From Lama guanicoe (Eukaryota), in the NCBI GenBank assembly GCA_013239625.1, contig MU054391.1:9643095-9707094 (forward strand): a DNA stretch of 64,000 nt, in the 5' to 3' direction. The translations under genes were made by a program, and so were the position numbers. Below are positions 37,786 through 51,205 of the stretch, one piece after another. Position 1 is the stretch's first letter; the number at the start of each line of letters is the position of its first letter. A model generated the notes under the pieces. The model searched no databases. It saw only the letters and a program-made list of their open reading frames with translations, and was not told where the DNA came from.

Positions 37786-40700
37786 CTGCGGGAAAACAGT
37801 GATTTAATGAAAAGGCTTTTAAGTATGGGTGACAAGCAAATATTAAAAATCTTTACAATTCTGCTTACCTAAATAATAATTCATGAATTAAACTATCAAC
37901 TGTTAACTAAGGTACCACATCTGCATTCTTGCCTTTATTTGAAAATGGCTGTATTTATAAATGCTGTTAATGAAGAAAATCCAGAAGTAAATGAAAGAGG
38001 CAATGAAATTAGTTACAGTAGGACAACCAAAATCTACCACCTGGTAAAAACAAATAAGCAACAGTCATACGTGGCTGTGTTCTGTGAGCACCTGCCATAT
38101 CTGTACGAGAATTTAAGATGAACTTGACTGCTGTTAGAGTGATCTGTGTAAACTGCAGATTGAATCATTCATTCCTTAAAGAAGTATTTATCAAGTGTCG
38201 ATCATGTACTAGGCGCACACTGTGATCGGCAGCAACAATACAATGAATAATACAGGTTTCCTGCTCTCCAAGTAGTTCAAAACCTAGTAAAACCAACAAG
38301 CAATCGGAGCAGGTAAAGGGAAACAAAAAGGAAGGGAGCTACAGCTAGTCCTGGGAGGACAGGGACAGGCCCCAGAAGTGGCATCAAAGCTGAAACATAA
38401 AGACAAACAGGAGTCAGCCAGGGCACGGCAAGTGTAGGTCTCCCCACTGCAATGGATGACTTTGGGCTCACGTGTCGTGTTTCACACTGAACCCCAGACA
38501 CCCAGCATGCTGCCTTCCACATAATAAATAACCAATAAATATTAGCTAGCTACATTAACTTACTAAGATAGGAAAGAGAGAAGAAAGAGGATGTTCAGAG
38601 GAAGTGAGAGAGGAGGGCGGAGAGAGTTCACTTGTGCAAACATGTTGAGTTTGGGACTACAGCGCATCTAAAAGAAACTCCTGATCCCCAGGTTAGCAGT
38701 TCTGGAGTAAGGCGTCTGTTGGCTACGTGATGTAAGTTATCAACACAGAAGTGAGTATGATTTCAAGGGAGACTAAAAAGAATGAGATGAAAGGAGCCTG
38801 AGGAATAACATCATTAAAAGGATAAGCAAGGACAAGGAAATCTGCATCGGAAAAGTAGACAGAGGAGCAGGAAGAAGAGGAACAAGAATGAAGAAGTGAA
38901 TGCACAGGCGTGGAAATTAAAGGAAGAAAATACTTCAAAAATGTTCGTAGTTCCTCGACTCCTCATCCACAACAATCATTTCCTTTATTTCACCTCAGTT
39001 AACACATACCAGGACCCTAGCCCAGATCTCTATCATCACCAAGAAGACACTCTCCAGGACAACTCAAACGTCAAGCACAAGACCTGCACCCAGCTGCCCC
39101 TCTTCTTCCCGCTCACCTGGTGTGTGGCACGTCAACAAAGCCTCAAACTCGCTGAGACATCCAATCCACTCACCCTACTTCTCTTCTCACCTTCTAGCGA
39201 CCCTCAAAATCTTTCATCCCTTCTAACCAGCTTAAAGTCACTGGTCCATCGTCATAGAGAGACTTCTGAAATCCCTGGCTGCCTTCCCTTGATCACCCTT
39301 ACCTGGCAACACTTCATCCCTAGTCAAACTCAACTGTGAACCCTGAATACAAGTTACTAGAAGTCACTGGAGAAATATCACAGAACCAAGCTGACAGTTC
39401 TCAACCAATTTCCAAATCTCAGCTTTGTTTGGATCCTGATTCAAAAATCTTACTCCCTCAATGCTACTACATTTCCCAAAGAAGTTTTCTTTGCTATGCC
39501 ATTAAGAACTTTTCATTCTTTCTAGACCTTCCACATCCTATTCCCCTGCCCTCACTCTCTGCTGAAAATCTTGCTTTGTATATTTTTTAACTCATGCTGT
39601 TAAATGGGAAGTCCCTCATTTTCCAACCCACCAAAAAACTACGTATCTACCTGTATCCATGATGTTTCTTCCTTAAGTTACAATAGAGAAAAACACATAT
39701 ATCTGCTCCTTTTTTAAAAGCCTCAAAACTCCACTCCTGCTCTGGATCCCACTGCTTCCATTTCTGAAACCATGCAAGTATCTCCCCCATCTTCTGTGCA
39801 TAAATTCCTCCTCACCCTCTGCTGGCTCATTCCCATAGCACACAAACGACTTCTCCCTTCTAGCAAAAAAGCAACCCTTACCTCACACCCTCCTCTCGCT
39901 CCCGCCATCTTCTCCACTCCCCTTAACAATAAAACTTCCTGCTCACAACCCATCTCCACGTCCTCACTTCTCATTCTTTCCCAAACTCAACTTCTGATAA
40001 AAATTCAATTCAGCTCCTTACACAGCAGGACAGACCTTTCAAAATGTGGCCACCAACTACTCTCATCACCTCTCCTCGCCTCGCTCCAGGCCACCCACTC
40101 CCGACTCCTACTGTCCAGCTACCCTGACTAGCTTACTCCTTCAGGACCAGGCCAACCTCCTCCACACCACTACGCCTGTCTTCCAGCTCCCTGATGAACG
40201 GCACAGCCTGATGAACTGGAGGCATCGAGCTATGCATTCTTGCTTCCTATTGATTTAGACAGAATACTCACCTTCTCTAGGCCTCAGCTGGAGAGGATTA
40301 CAATAATACTTGCCTGAAAGAAATGTCAAGAAGTAATCTGCACTAAGCACGTAAGACACTGGCTGACAAACAATAAGTCCTCAACAAATGTGATGGTATT
40401 TTTTAAGGTATTCTCTTAACTGTTAGTTCCTTCAACAAACATTTGCTGAGCTCGACAAGTCAGGAATCGTTCCAAGCTCCAGAGACACTGCAGCAAACAA
40501 GACAAGACCCCTTCCCTTACGGAGCTTCCATTCCTGCGTCCCCCACATCGTACGCCCAGAGCCCCTAAGTGAGCCTTCTTTTCCTTAAGGACAAGTTGAA
40601 ATACCACTTCCAAGTCTTCTCAGACTTCCCAGGACAAACGATAACACTGTGCTTCCTCATCACTTCTCCGTATGTTCATTATCATCACGTTGCCTACACA

Positions 40701-42317
40701 GTCAGGACTCCTTAAGGATATTCCCTGTTCATCTCTCTTCTGACAGCACTGGCATTAATATCCGGCATACATTAGGCACTCACGTAAAATTTAAGTGAAT
40801 CCATTTTATCTCTTTTATAACAGAATAAATAAAATTAGCCATGCCCTACGATTAAAATGCAATGTCCATCTCTACCACTAGCTAGCTGGGTAGCCATTAT
40901 ATCTGAACATCTTCATTTCTAAGTTTTAACGGCCAAATTAATCAACTTCACTACTTTCCAAAGGCTTAGCTTAATTCCCTTTTAGTGGCTCAACAAATAC
41001 TTAAACTGTCACTATTACCATGTAATAATAAACGTACTTACTAATGTCAAATAGGAAACAGCAACTCACTAACTAAAGGCTAATAAAATAAACTGGATAG
41101 TCAAACTCTGAACATTTAATAGAACTTTTTCTTTTTAAGATCTCACCAACAGTGAAACTACAGCTAAGTATAAAAAATAATAAACTCCTTCTGTACCAAT
41201 GCTGGCAATACACAGTGCGCTTTTATATATCACCTCAAAATATCTCAAAACTCAGACATAATAAAAGGATGCATTTTAAAATAATATGACTATCCAACAG
41301 TCAAAGTAGTTGTACTACAGATAAAACTACTAGGAGTTTTGTGCAACTTGTTTGCATGAAATGATATACACATTACCATAATTTCATATAACTATAGAAA
41401 TAACCCTCTTTCGTCACTAGCATTTTGTTTGAAAACATTTCTATTATATTAATGGGTGGAGAATCAAATGCTTTTATTTGCCTGTAGGCATCGGAAGTAC
41501 TAAATACCCCCATTATTCTGGGAATAGAAAGCACACCTTCAGATGTGACATTTACTGAGTCCCTCGTGTGTGCCAGTCCCTAGAGCCAAGAGGGGTGTGC
41601 CCACAAGGGATGCTCAGACAGATGGAGGAGGTGACCAGCAAATGAAGCCACACTGCAAAGGTGAGACATTTATATCAAATCCTGCATAACTTAAGCTATG
41701 AGAGTCATGTAGAAAAGCAATCTAAACTATGTATATTTTATGAAATGTTTCTTATACCTTTAACAATAGCTTAACCTTTCAGTACAGAGTGCTACTGAAA
41801 TGCCCAACAAGGGACATCTGTGTGTGTGGCCCTGAAGAAACAACTCTGAAGTACAGTTTAAGTTCAAGTGTCAAATTTTGGCCATAATTAGGATCAAAGT
41901 TTAACCAATTAAATTCAAACAACTAACAAATCATTAAAGTAAAATGAGTCAGATATCTTCATATTATTAAAACCCAGTGTAAACTGGACTTCGGTACGGT
42001 AGACAGCTACATGCCATAACCTTAAATTTAAATGCGAAATAAAAGTAAGAGGAATGAGAAGGATTGTAAGCCTAGGAAACACAGGTGCTCTGAAGTGGCT
42101 GATGCACGGCTATTTCCTAGACTAACACAGCAGCTTTGGCCTTTCACAGACCTCTAACCTTTACCAAAACTGATTATGCGAGAACTTGCTCTGATACAAA
42201 TAAGCTTTTCCCACATAAACAGTTTCAGCGACCAAGAATATCAGCTATCAAGGCAGCCAAGCATTTATAAGGGCAACGCCAATAAACATAATTGGCTTGA
42301 TTAAAATGCCTTCTTAC

Positions 42318-42396
42318 CTCGTATGTTGCAAGCCGATCTAAGTAAGTCAACAGTTTCAGTCTACAACGGCAAAGTTCCTTTTGTTCCAGCGTTAAC
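42318..42396 (-). CDS. NBAS: NBAS coding exon (exon 19 equivalent), 79 nt, phase 2-0
   Basis: aaacag|GTTAAC...TACGAG|gtaaga; LTLEQKELCRCRLKLLTYLDRLATYE. Confidence 0.96.
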
Positions 42397-42661
42397 CTGT
42401 TTTGAATAACTGTTATTAAGCCACTTATATTTACCTACAAGCACATTTTTGTAAGATCTAAAATAGAACAAAAATGATCAATTTTCCATTCAGTCCAAAA
42501 CTCATGGAACGGGACACAAAAGCACAAGGATAAAATGGTACTAAATGCATTTAAGTTGCTGAAATAATGCAGAGCAATTATCACTAGTAAAGAGCACACT
42601 TAGATTGTTAGTTATTTTGAAGAAATTAACAGTAATAAATGAACAGTAATAAATCACTTAC

Positions 42662-42802
42662 TTGGAAAAGTCCACTAGCTGGAGCAGTTCTCGCGTCTTC
42701 CTGAGCCCCTTCTCCCTTTTCTTCTTGGCAGGCTCTTCACCAGGTGGCGAAAGATCCTCGTAGGAGACACCGTCAATGTCCATTTCACCAGGTAATATAA
42801 AT
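42662..42802 (-). CDS. NBAS: NBAS coding exon (exon 18 equivalent), 141 nt, phase 2-2
   Basis: gtgcag|ATTTAT...TTCCAA|gtaagt; FILPGEMDIDGVSYEDLSPPGEEPAKKKREKGLRKTRELLQLVDFS(K). Confidence 0.95.
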
Positions 42803-43721
42803 CTGCACGAGAAAAAGAAAACCCCAAACTATTTTGATTATTTTTTTTTAATTTCATATAGTGAAAAACTGCTTTCCCCTATTTTGATTTTATTAAGTTG
42901 GTTTCCATAGAAACAGAAACAATCAATTACTTGAAAGAAAGCTGTTGCTATTCTAAGCAAAGCGATTCACTCATTTATATCCACAGGATGGGCAAAAAGT
43001 CATCTCGCTAGTAATCATCACATATGGAAACTGTAAAAATCAAGAAGATGAAAACTGTTCAGGAAAACATGCAAGGTTATAGTCACCCAATGTGAAACAG
43101 CCTGTGAAGAAAATAGTGCCCAGAGTTTACAATTTGAATCACTTCTATGTTAAGGTCTTAAAATGGTAATGAATGTCAGTCTTATTTACTTTTTTTTAAT
43201 CAAATATACTATCCTACTTATAATCCCAAAAAATGTTCCAAATGTCTGATGAACAACGGCTCTTGTCAAATAACTTTATTATTGTTATTAACTGACATTT
43301 GTATGGTACTGAGAAGTTTATGAGGTGCTTTTGCAAGATATATAATTTAATCAAAGTAATTATCTGAAGGGGATAATGATGCCAGATAAAGACAGTGAAT
43401 GACGCTCAGGCTTGCCTGCGGTGGATCATCAGACTGGTCAGCGCACCCAGATACATGCCGGCTTGAGCTCAAAGCTTAGAAATGGCCAGCATTCAATAAA
43501 TGTTTGTAGAATTTGCTTTTTTCTTAGCATCAAGCTATCATACATAAACATGTTTGACCTCAAGGAAAGAACACTGTGACCTCAGATAAAAAAGCATTAA
43601 TCAAAGGCAATGGCTTCATCGCAGAATAACCTAAAGAAAAGCTTTCCCTTTTTTTCCCTTTCAGCTGAAAGTTTTCACAAAGGCACCTTTACTTCAGAGT
43701 CCAAATCTTTCGGTAACCAAC

Positions 43722-43873
43722 CTGCCATCATCTGCTCCTTGCCCTATTGCTAAAAGCGCCTCCAGGTCCGTGCCTTTTAATCCATATTGAAGCAGTTCCT
43801 TTGCAGCATCCACAGTTTCAGGAACTCTCTCCAAACACTCATGAAGAACCCAGGATCGTTTCTTTATTTTACT
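43722..43873 (-). CDS. NBAS: NBAS coding exon (exon 17 equivalent), 152 nt, phase 0-2
   Basis: atccag|AGTAAA...TGGCAG|gttggt; SKIKKRSWVLHECLERVPETVDAAKELLQYGLKGTDLEALLAIGQGADDG(R). Confidence 0.97.
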
Positions 43874-45680
43874 CTGGATACAGAGAAAATAAAAAACAGA
43901 GGCATTAAAGAACTCATGACACCTGACAGCACCAGACAACTGCCTTCTGGAATCAGAAAGCTGTACCTGAGAGAGGACAGCTCCCCAGGTTCTTGGCCAC
44001 AGGCAGCTGCTCGAGAAGCTCAACAGTAAAAAGCTATTTTCCTAATGGTGGTTAGAGCTGGATGCAGGGAAAGTGATTCCAACTGCAGTCTTTCTCCTTC
44101 TAATGAAACACACTGAAATATAAGCTCAGGACTCTTTTTTTTGGAAAGATAGAAAGATCCTTCCAAACTTTTATAGTTGCTCTTTAGTTTGCACTTGGGC
44201 CTTAGGAAAGAGAAAATAAAGCAGTAAGGCAAGATGTACCCTATTGTAACGAACACGTGTAACTCTGAAACAGCACTAATGAGGCACACAGCACACCAAG
44301 GCTCTGTATTTACTTGACGTGAGAGGCATGCTACAGCACCGACAGTGACTTAATCATGGGAAGTCACGGTGCACTGTTCTTTGGAAAGATCAGGTGCTTA
44401 TCCCTCCCTCCCAACAGCTTCCCTGGACTCCATTCAAAATCCCTGACTTGCCCTCTTCCCAGAATCATCATAGAAAAAAATGTAAAGTAAAATCTGACTC
44501 AGAGCCCTGTACACTCCTCTGCACACTCCCTCCTGTGAGGTCTTTCCTCCAGTGTCTCTGATCATGTTTCCCAACGTTCACTGCCATGGAGTCTCAGATC
44601 CGATGAACTGGTTTACTTACACAGCTTATTTATTCATCCAAGAGGTACTTACTAAGCACCTTCTGTGTGCCGTGAAAATACAGCAGTAAGACGGACATCG
44701 ACTCTGGCCCGTGAGTCAAGCTGGTTTCCTTTAAATTTGCTCGTCCTACTTCTCCTATTAAGAATGCCTTCCTCTCTTCTCACTCTAGGACACCTACTCT
44801 GAGTCCTTTCAAATCCCTGCCCAAAACATCTTCCCTATACACAGACCTCCACAGCCAGAGTCTGTAACACTTGCTACCTTCACTGGGTTCCAAAAGCATT
44901 TATCTGGAACCTTCTTGTGTGGTCATTTTTATTTTAGGCATGAAGCTTGTCTTCTCAGTAGGAGTGTAAGCTCCCTAAGAGCAAAGGTCGTATTTATGCC
45001 ACCGCTGGACCCCTTCACATCCTCTTCACATTCCTCATTGCCTGTTTATTTTGCTGAATTAAGTATCTTCCCCTGATAAGAAAAAAAAGTACTTGATTTG
45101 TTTCTCCTAACATCTGTCAGCTCCTTTAGAGACGAAAACTGCCTTTTATCATGTTACAGAAAAAGCCATTAGGTGGATATACATGAACTCATGAGCTCAC
45201 TGTCCTGAGTCACAAAGGAAGAAAGAATACAAGTTTGGTGTTCTGCTATTCTAAAGAAAATACAAGCAATTTTGTCTTCTTCCTTTATTTCACTATCTTT
45301 CATGTTCTCTTATCTCCAATATCTTACCTGTAAAAACAATTTATCTTCCCGTTTCATTGATACAACTTCATCAACTTCTTAGATACTTTTTCAAATTATG
45401 TTTTTATTTATTTTTAATTACTCATGTACATGAATTTTCAGGGAAAACAATTACCATGAAAATTTCCCAACATTCCTTAGAATATTCCTAAATGCACAGA
45501 TATCTTCCTTTCTAAATGTTCGATGAGAAGTCACAACCTTCTAAAAGCATGCATGAGTCCAACTACTTCCTTACAAAGGTGCCAAGGATCCAAGTAAACA
45601 GGTTACATAGTAACTTTAACTGTGGTAGCAGGAAGCAGGAGGGATACAATTGTAGGATTTAGGCAAAAAAGAACTATCAA

Positions 45681-46540
45681 TGTGTCAGTTATCTATCTAT
45701 TGCCTCTCAGCCTCAAAAGCAGCTTCAGAGCCAGATCCACAGCATTTCCCATTTGCAGCTGACACAGTATTAAGCTCTGACAACAGAGGGCGCTGGGGAG
45801 CCTCTCACTGCAGAGGAAGAGGCTCTGGTTTCTGGTCCAGATGTGCTATGGTTCTTCTAGCTCCTACAGGCCTCGTAGCCAGCAAGGCACGTGGGGGACA
45901 TCTGGTGGTGCTACGTCCCCGCTTCCTCCTTCTGAGGACAACTTCCCATTTACTGTCAGCTGCACTTCCGTGGGCAGATTCCTTCCCAGCGAACCTCCCA
46001 GGCAACTGAATGGGAAGCTTCCCAAACTGGGCTCGCCTGCACTCCAGAGGGAGTTTTTTCTTTTCAGTCATGGCCATGGTTCTTTATCTACCAGCTCTGA
46101 GGCACATTCATGCTCCTGGGGGGTTTCCTAAACTTACCAGTCTCTGGGGTTTTCCGACCCTCCACCCCCAACCTCAGCTCACTGGCACCCTACAACAGAC
46201 ATCCAGCCTGCCCGTCCAGCCCACCTTTCCCCGCCTGCCAACCTTGGCAGCCACGGACCAGCCCTGGCCTGAGGCATCCCGGAGAACTTCTCTTCCATCC
46301 AACGTGCTACTACAGCCCGTCTTTGCCCATGGAAGTCTGACTCCCAGCCCGGGGGGAGGCCTCCCTTCCAAGCCTGTTCCCTCCCTGGGCACATTCCCTT
46401 CGGCCCAGGGTATTCCTCACAGCTCTCTTCACCCTTGTGTAGTTGATCTCTCATTACTAGAAAATAGTTCTCCCTAGTAAAACTGTCCCTGTTCAAATGA
46501 CTGTGTGGTTCCTGGCTCCTGACAGGACCCCGGCTGATGG
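45681..46540 (+). mobile_element. Solo ERVL LTR, LTR41-like
   Basis: Starts tgtgtcagttatctatctattgcctctcagc and ends taaaactgtccctgttcaaatgactgtgtggttcctggctcctgacaggaccccggctgat, matching LTR41 termini as recalled. Confidence 0.75.
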
Positions 46541-46809
46541 GGGTGAACAGAGGTAACTGAGGTAGATGAAGGGAAAGGATTAGGCCAAGACTAGCTAGTT
46601 GGCTGCTGCATCAGTGAGTATCTGCTCACACCTCTTCAGCACCAATGTCCAGCTGCAGAGCTGACAGAATCGATAACAAGATCACTTCCCAAGGCTGAGT
46701 TGGCTGCAGAAAAGCCAGCAATGAAGAGGACTCCAACGGGAAGCCCTACAACCAAAAGATGTCCATGTGTTTGAATTTCACTACACGTTCCCAAAGCGTT
46801 CAAACATAC

Positions 46810-46935
46810 CAGGTAATTCTGAATAGAAGCAACGTTGACAGCCGACTTCCTCCACTGCCTCTGATACACCAGGTCAGTATCCAGGCCGTAAGTCTGAGCC
46901 AGAGACAAGGCTTCCTCGTACTCTTCACTTTCGAT
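46810..46935 (-). CDS. NBAS: NBAS coding exon (exon 16 equivalent), 126 nt, phase 0-0
   Basis: cccaag|ATCGAA...TACCTG|gtatgt; IESEEYEEALSLAQTYGLDTDLVYQRQWRKSAVNVASIQNYL. Confidence 0.97.
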
Positions 46936-47619
46936 CTTGGGACGAGGAAACGGAAACAGGAAGATTACATTAACGAAGTGTCCGTGGCATCGCTGTGATG
47001 ATACCGTGAGGGATGACAGCCCCTCACCCTGTACAGTAGGTCCTGCGTTCCTAACTACCTCGTGCCCTGGGGCGCCAGAAGCTCACCGGCATTAGGAGGG
47101 GCAGACAGAGCAAGTACTTCTTGTAAGCACTTTACCAGAAAGCTGAGAAGGAGTGAAATGTCCACGTTTACAGAGTGAAACAATGGCAAAGCCGAGACGG
47201 ACAGCGCAACTCCGCCCGCGGCGCTGCGGCGCAGTGCCGATCGAGTCTGCCTCCCAAGCAAACCCCGACCAACGCAGGTCTGCGTTTCTTCCCGCAGCAT
47301 CTGCAGTCTGAGCAGAGAGCTGTCCTTACACCCAGCTAAGGGAGAGCTGAAGGCCACGTGAAGGGTAGAAAAACCTGGGCTGAGCCCCAGAGGGACAGTC
47401 TAGGTGAATTCGCCTTTTGTCCACTGTTTTTATTTTGATTAGTCAGGCACAAAGGCCAGCACTATTTTCAAAAGCTTTGTAATCCTGACATTTCTAACAT
47501 GTTGGCCATAGAACAATCTCTCTTTAAATTTCTTCGTTGATTAAAAGAAATCGTTTTTTTCTTCAGTGGAATGCAGCAAAGCCTGCTGCCTATGCACTCG
47601 GACAGGAACAGACTCTCAC

Positions 47620-47877
47620 CTTCCTCTGGTACAGCTCCTCGGGGCTCGTGGAGCGCAGGCTCACCAGGCGGTAGTTTTTAGTGATGGTTCGCGGGCGAGT
47701 CCGCGGCGGGGCGAATCGCTCCATTTCCGTCACCAAGTACAGGCCCTGCTTTATGTAACCAAAGTAGCGAGCCTTGGCAGATCCTTCCTGATCAGAATCC
47801 GAGTCCTCTTCTCCTTCGTCCTCCTCTCCTCCTCTCGTCTCCAAACGGGATCGCTTGGGGGCAAGTTTAATCTCGCA
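47620..47877 (-). CDS. NBAS: NBAS coding exon (exon 15 equivalent), 258 nt, phase 0-0
   Basis: attcag|TGCGAG...AGGAAG|gtgaga; CEIKLAPKRSRLETRGGEEDEGEEDSDSDQEGSAKARYFGYIKQGLYLVTEMERFAPP...EELYQRK. Confidence 0.97.
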
Positions 47878-48992
47878 CTGAATTGAAAAAGGAGATGCTA
47901 AATTAATAGTGAGGAACTAAAGACAAATTTTTCGAGGTAATGAGAAAACTGTTTTTAATTCTACTCTGGTCTGATTCATTATACCAGCCCTGTGATTAAG
48001 GCTCAGGATGGAATTCCAAGGAGCCCAACAACAAACACTATGAACATCAGCACCTCCAGGAAGATGCACAGAAGTTACTGGCTCCAAACCTCTAAAATGA
48101 AAACCTGCTGTAATAATAGGTCAGTCACATAGTCTTGTAAAATACATGCCTGGAAATCATTTTAGGGAAATAAAGGAGTCGAGAATGTTAATTTCTTTCC
48201 TTTTGATATTTTTGTACCTGCTGTGAAAAGATGATTTTTTGGGTCTATTTAGAAAACAGCATGAAGGTATTTATTTGCTTTACCAAGACAGCTCTCCCCA
48301 ACCACCCACTTTTAAACAATGTCTAAAGCTTCACAAAGTTCTGAGTCTGAAGGCCTGCCTGTTAAAGATAATTTTCATTGCAGACTCAACAGAGTTGGCT
48401 TAGGTTTTAAACCATGGTTCTCTTTAAAGAACATCTTTAGACTCAGCACCAAACTTTAGGGTAAAAAACATTTGTCAGTCTGCACTGAAGTGAAAACTGT
48501 TGAAGGTTAATTACCATTGAAAGGCTTAAAAGAAAAATTGTAAATAACCAAAACATAACTTTAAAGTACCAGCCTCTTTTCAAAACTTTTGTCATGATAA
48601 ACAAGTTTTTCTTACTAAAAGAACCAAAAGTTTTAAGTTGTCGCACTTCATGGAAAAAGGTTAATGACTGTATTTCTTACGTAGTAATACTATTTACATT
48701 TTAAGGTAACTAATCTAGGAAAAAGAAAACAAAATCTATCATGTTGATGAAGAAGAAATGCTTTATAGAAAACAAAACAACTATAAATGTTCTTTCTTAC
48801 ACAATGCAATTTTTAAAGTTGACTAAACAACAGATCTTTTTTTTACACTGAACTCAATCTCTGATTCAAGTAATAAATTTTTGTTTTTAAAGATTAAATA
48901 ATGGGAAAACAAAAATTAAAGATACTTAGATTTTTGGTACAACACATGTTTACTCTCAAACACCCTGGTTGCTTTAAAAGGGAAAACATTAC

Positions 48993-49186
48993 CTCCAAAC
49001 TTAAAAATCCCCCGTCATGGGTCGCAGTAACTTGAGGGGATGGCTCAAACCATTCACAGGATTTTCCCAGTAAGTTCTTTAAAGTTTTCACCGACGAGAC
49101 AGTCAAAGCACCAGAGCAGCGAGCCAAAGTCACTGCACTGTCCATCCACCAGTTCACATCTATCAGTGGGTAGAAGGACTCCTTAT
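48993..49186 (-). CDS. NBAS: NBAS coding exon (exon 14 equivalent), 194 nt, phase 1-0
   Basis: cattag|ATAAGG...TTGGAG|gtaatg; (D)KESFYPLIDVNWWMDSAVTLARCSGALTVSSVKTLKNLLGKSCEWFEPSPQVTATHDGGFLSLE. Confidence 0.97.
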
Positions 49187-49464
49187 CTAATGGGGGAAAA
49201 GTAAATCAACACAAATGCCTCTGTCAATGTGGTTTAAATACAACACATTCAGTCCAATAATCAATTTTAAAACATATTTGGGTCCTAAGATATGTGATAA
49301 ATAATAAGAATAAATAAAATGTAAGTCATCATTCAAATTTTTACTCAAGAATAAGATGGTAATTTACTTAGTGAACATCTTAGTGCTAATAATGTTAGAG
49401 TCCAAAATCCTAGGATGCAGAGGTAAATACATTCAGGTCTTTCCTCTCGAAAACTGAACAATAT

Positions 49465-49939
49465 TCGTAGAAGTTAAAGGTAGGTTTGCACAAAGGAATC
49501 TGAGACACACCAGGTTCAGGAAGGACCGCCTGACCTTCCTGCGGAGCAGGTAGTAGGCTCCTCCTGTGAGAGGTGCCCTCTCCATACCTGGAGAAGAGGA
49601 GGATCCTCATCTCCAAAGACGGAGGGAAGCCAAGAAGAATTAAAACGAACAGGCCTTGTCAAGTTTCTCCCAGTTTACTACCCTTAGCTCAGACCCTCTT
49701 GTCCTACCATGTTTTCCCATAACTTTTCACTCTTCAACCAACCTAGTCTAAAACTAATCAGGTTTACCTCTTCCTCAGGTCATCATTTCCTTATGAAGGC
49801 TCCTGTGTCCCTGAAACTTTTATTAAATACGTGTGTAAGCTTTTTTCTTGTGAATCTGTCTTTTGTTAGAGCAATTTACTGGGTACTCAGTTGGAGAATC
49901 TAATAGGGTAGTAGGAAAAAGAATTTATCCTCCCCTACA
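49465..49939 (+). mobile_element. Solo ERV1 LTR, MER34/MER39-group (5' boundary uncertain)
   Basis: gaggtgccctctccatacctggag, aacaggccttgtcaagttt, and 3' end aatctgtcttttgtt...gggtagtaggaaaaagaatttatcctcccctaca. Confidence 0.72.
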
Positions 49940-50587
49940 CTTACAACTAATCAGAAAGAGGAAAATACATTCAAGACCAGTAAAGAATTTGAGAGGGATA
50001 AAAATGAATTATGGTTCACTGAACTGAGGCACTCAAAAGGAAATGGCAGGATATTTATTATAATTGCTTTGCCCTTTTTAATACTTTACTTGTTCCACTA
50101 AGGATCTGATGAGGTTTAAAGGTAATACAACAGTAAATCATAAATTTTAAAATATATGTAAACAGTTTGGCTAAGGAGATAGAGATTTTAAAACAGAAGG
50201 TTAGCTCCATGAGAATAACTCATCATTTTAATTGAAAAACTAAGACCATACAACTCAAGATTTTCTTCCAATTTTAGTCTAAAGCAATCTATATAAATAA
50301 GGAATTCCAAGAAAATATGAAAAGCAGAGTTTCTGGACTTATAGCTAAGTGTAAAGTGGGATGAAAAGGAGAAAATCATTTAAATATGCAGTCAACCTTC
50401 TGCTTTGACAAATTAAATTTTTTTCTCAAAAATGTTTTTCTGAAAGAGCATTTTGGATGATTATATAACAAACGCAAATAATACATGAACATGACACATA
50501 ATATTAATGAATCAATACTTTAAGGCTTTTTAAGTGTAAATTAGAAGCATAATTTAATAAAGATGTTGAATCTTGTAACCATCATTG

Positions 50588-50648
50588 TTTCTTTTCAATT
50601 GAAGTATATAGTCAGTTACAATGTGTCAATTTCTGGTACACAACACAG
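50588..50648 (-). mobile_element. Very short LINE-1 3' terminal fragment
   Basis: ttgaagtatatagtcagttacaatgtgtcaatttctggtacaca is the near reverse complement of the L1 3' end at 30175-30220. Confidence 0.75.
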
Positions 50649-51205
50649 TATCATTCATTTTTATAGGAGACACTTAAAAATGTAGAAATGTTTAACTTGG
50701 GGAGTTTCACCACAAGAAAAATGAACCAATTATTCAAAGTAACTCTTAATTTTTTAAGTTTTCTTTTTAATTTTAACTATCAATTAAATAATCACTATTG
50801 CTTTTATTTAAATGTAAATACTGGGGATTTTTTTCTATTTATAAAATACATATTCATCATTTTAAAAAAAAAGCCCCTCCAATCTCTCATTACCTACCTC
50901 CTTCCACCCCTCACCCAGCCCCAGAGATAACTACTCAGAGTTGAGCCTTGGAGGAATCCCTTTCTGCTATCTCCTCCACACTTTAAAAGGAGAACGCTCA
51001 GGAGCTTTGAACTCGGTGTGCCATGTCCACATTGGCCTGTGGAGGGAGAGCCCTGCTGGATGCCACAGGCTCTGCATAGCCTTGGAAAATCCCAAAATGT
51101 TAACAACATGACCATCAGAGAAGTGGATCTGTTGCGTTGTACCATTTCTATAAAATCCTGGTGGCTCCTTCCAAAGTAAGGCAGAAGTATCTGGAGACCT
51201 TTATA

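Noticed and set aside
45320..45340. Recursive splice-site motif tttttacag|gtaaga on the minus strand
   Set aside because: The host intron is only about 2.9 kb and the pyrimidine tract is short; vertebrate recursive sites are typical of very long introns.
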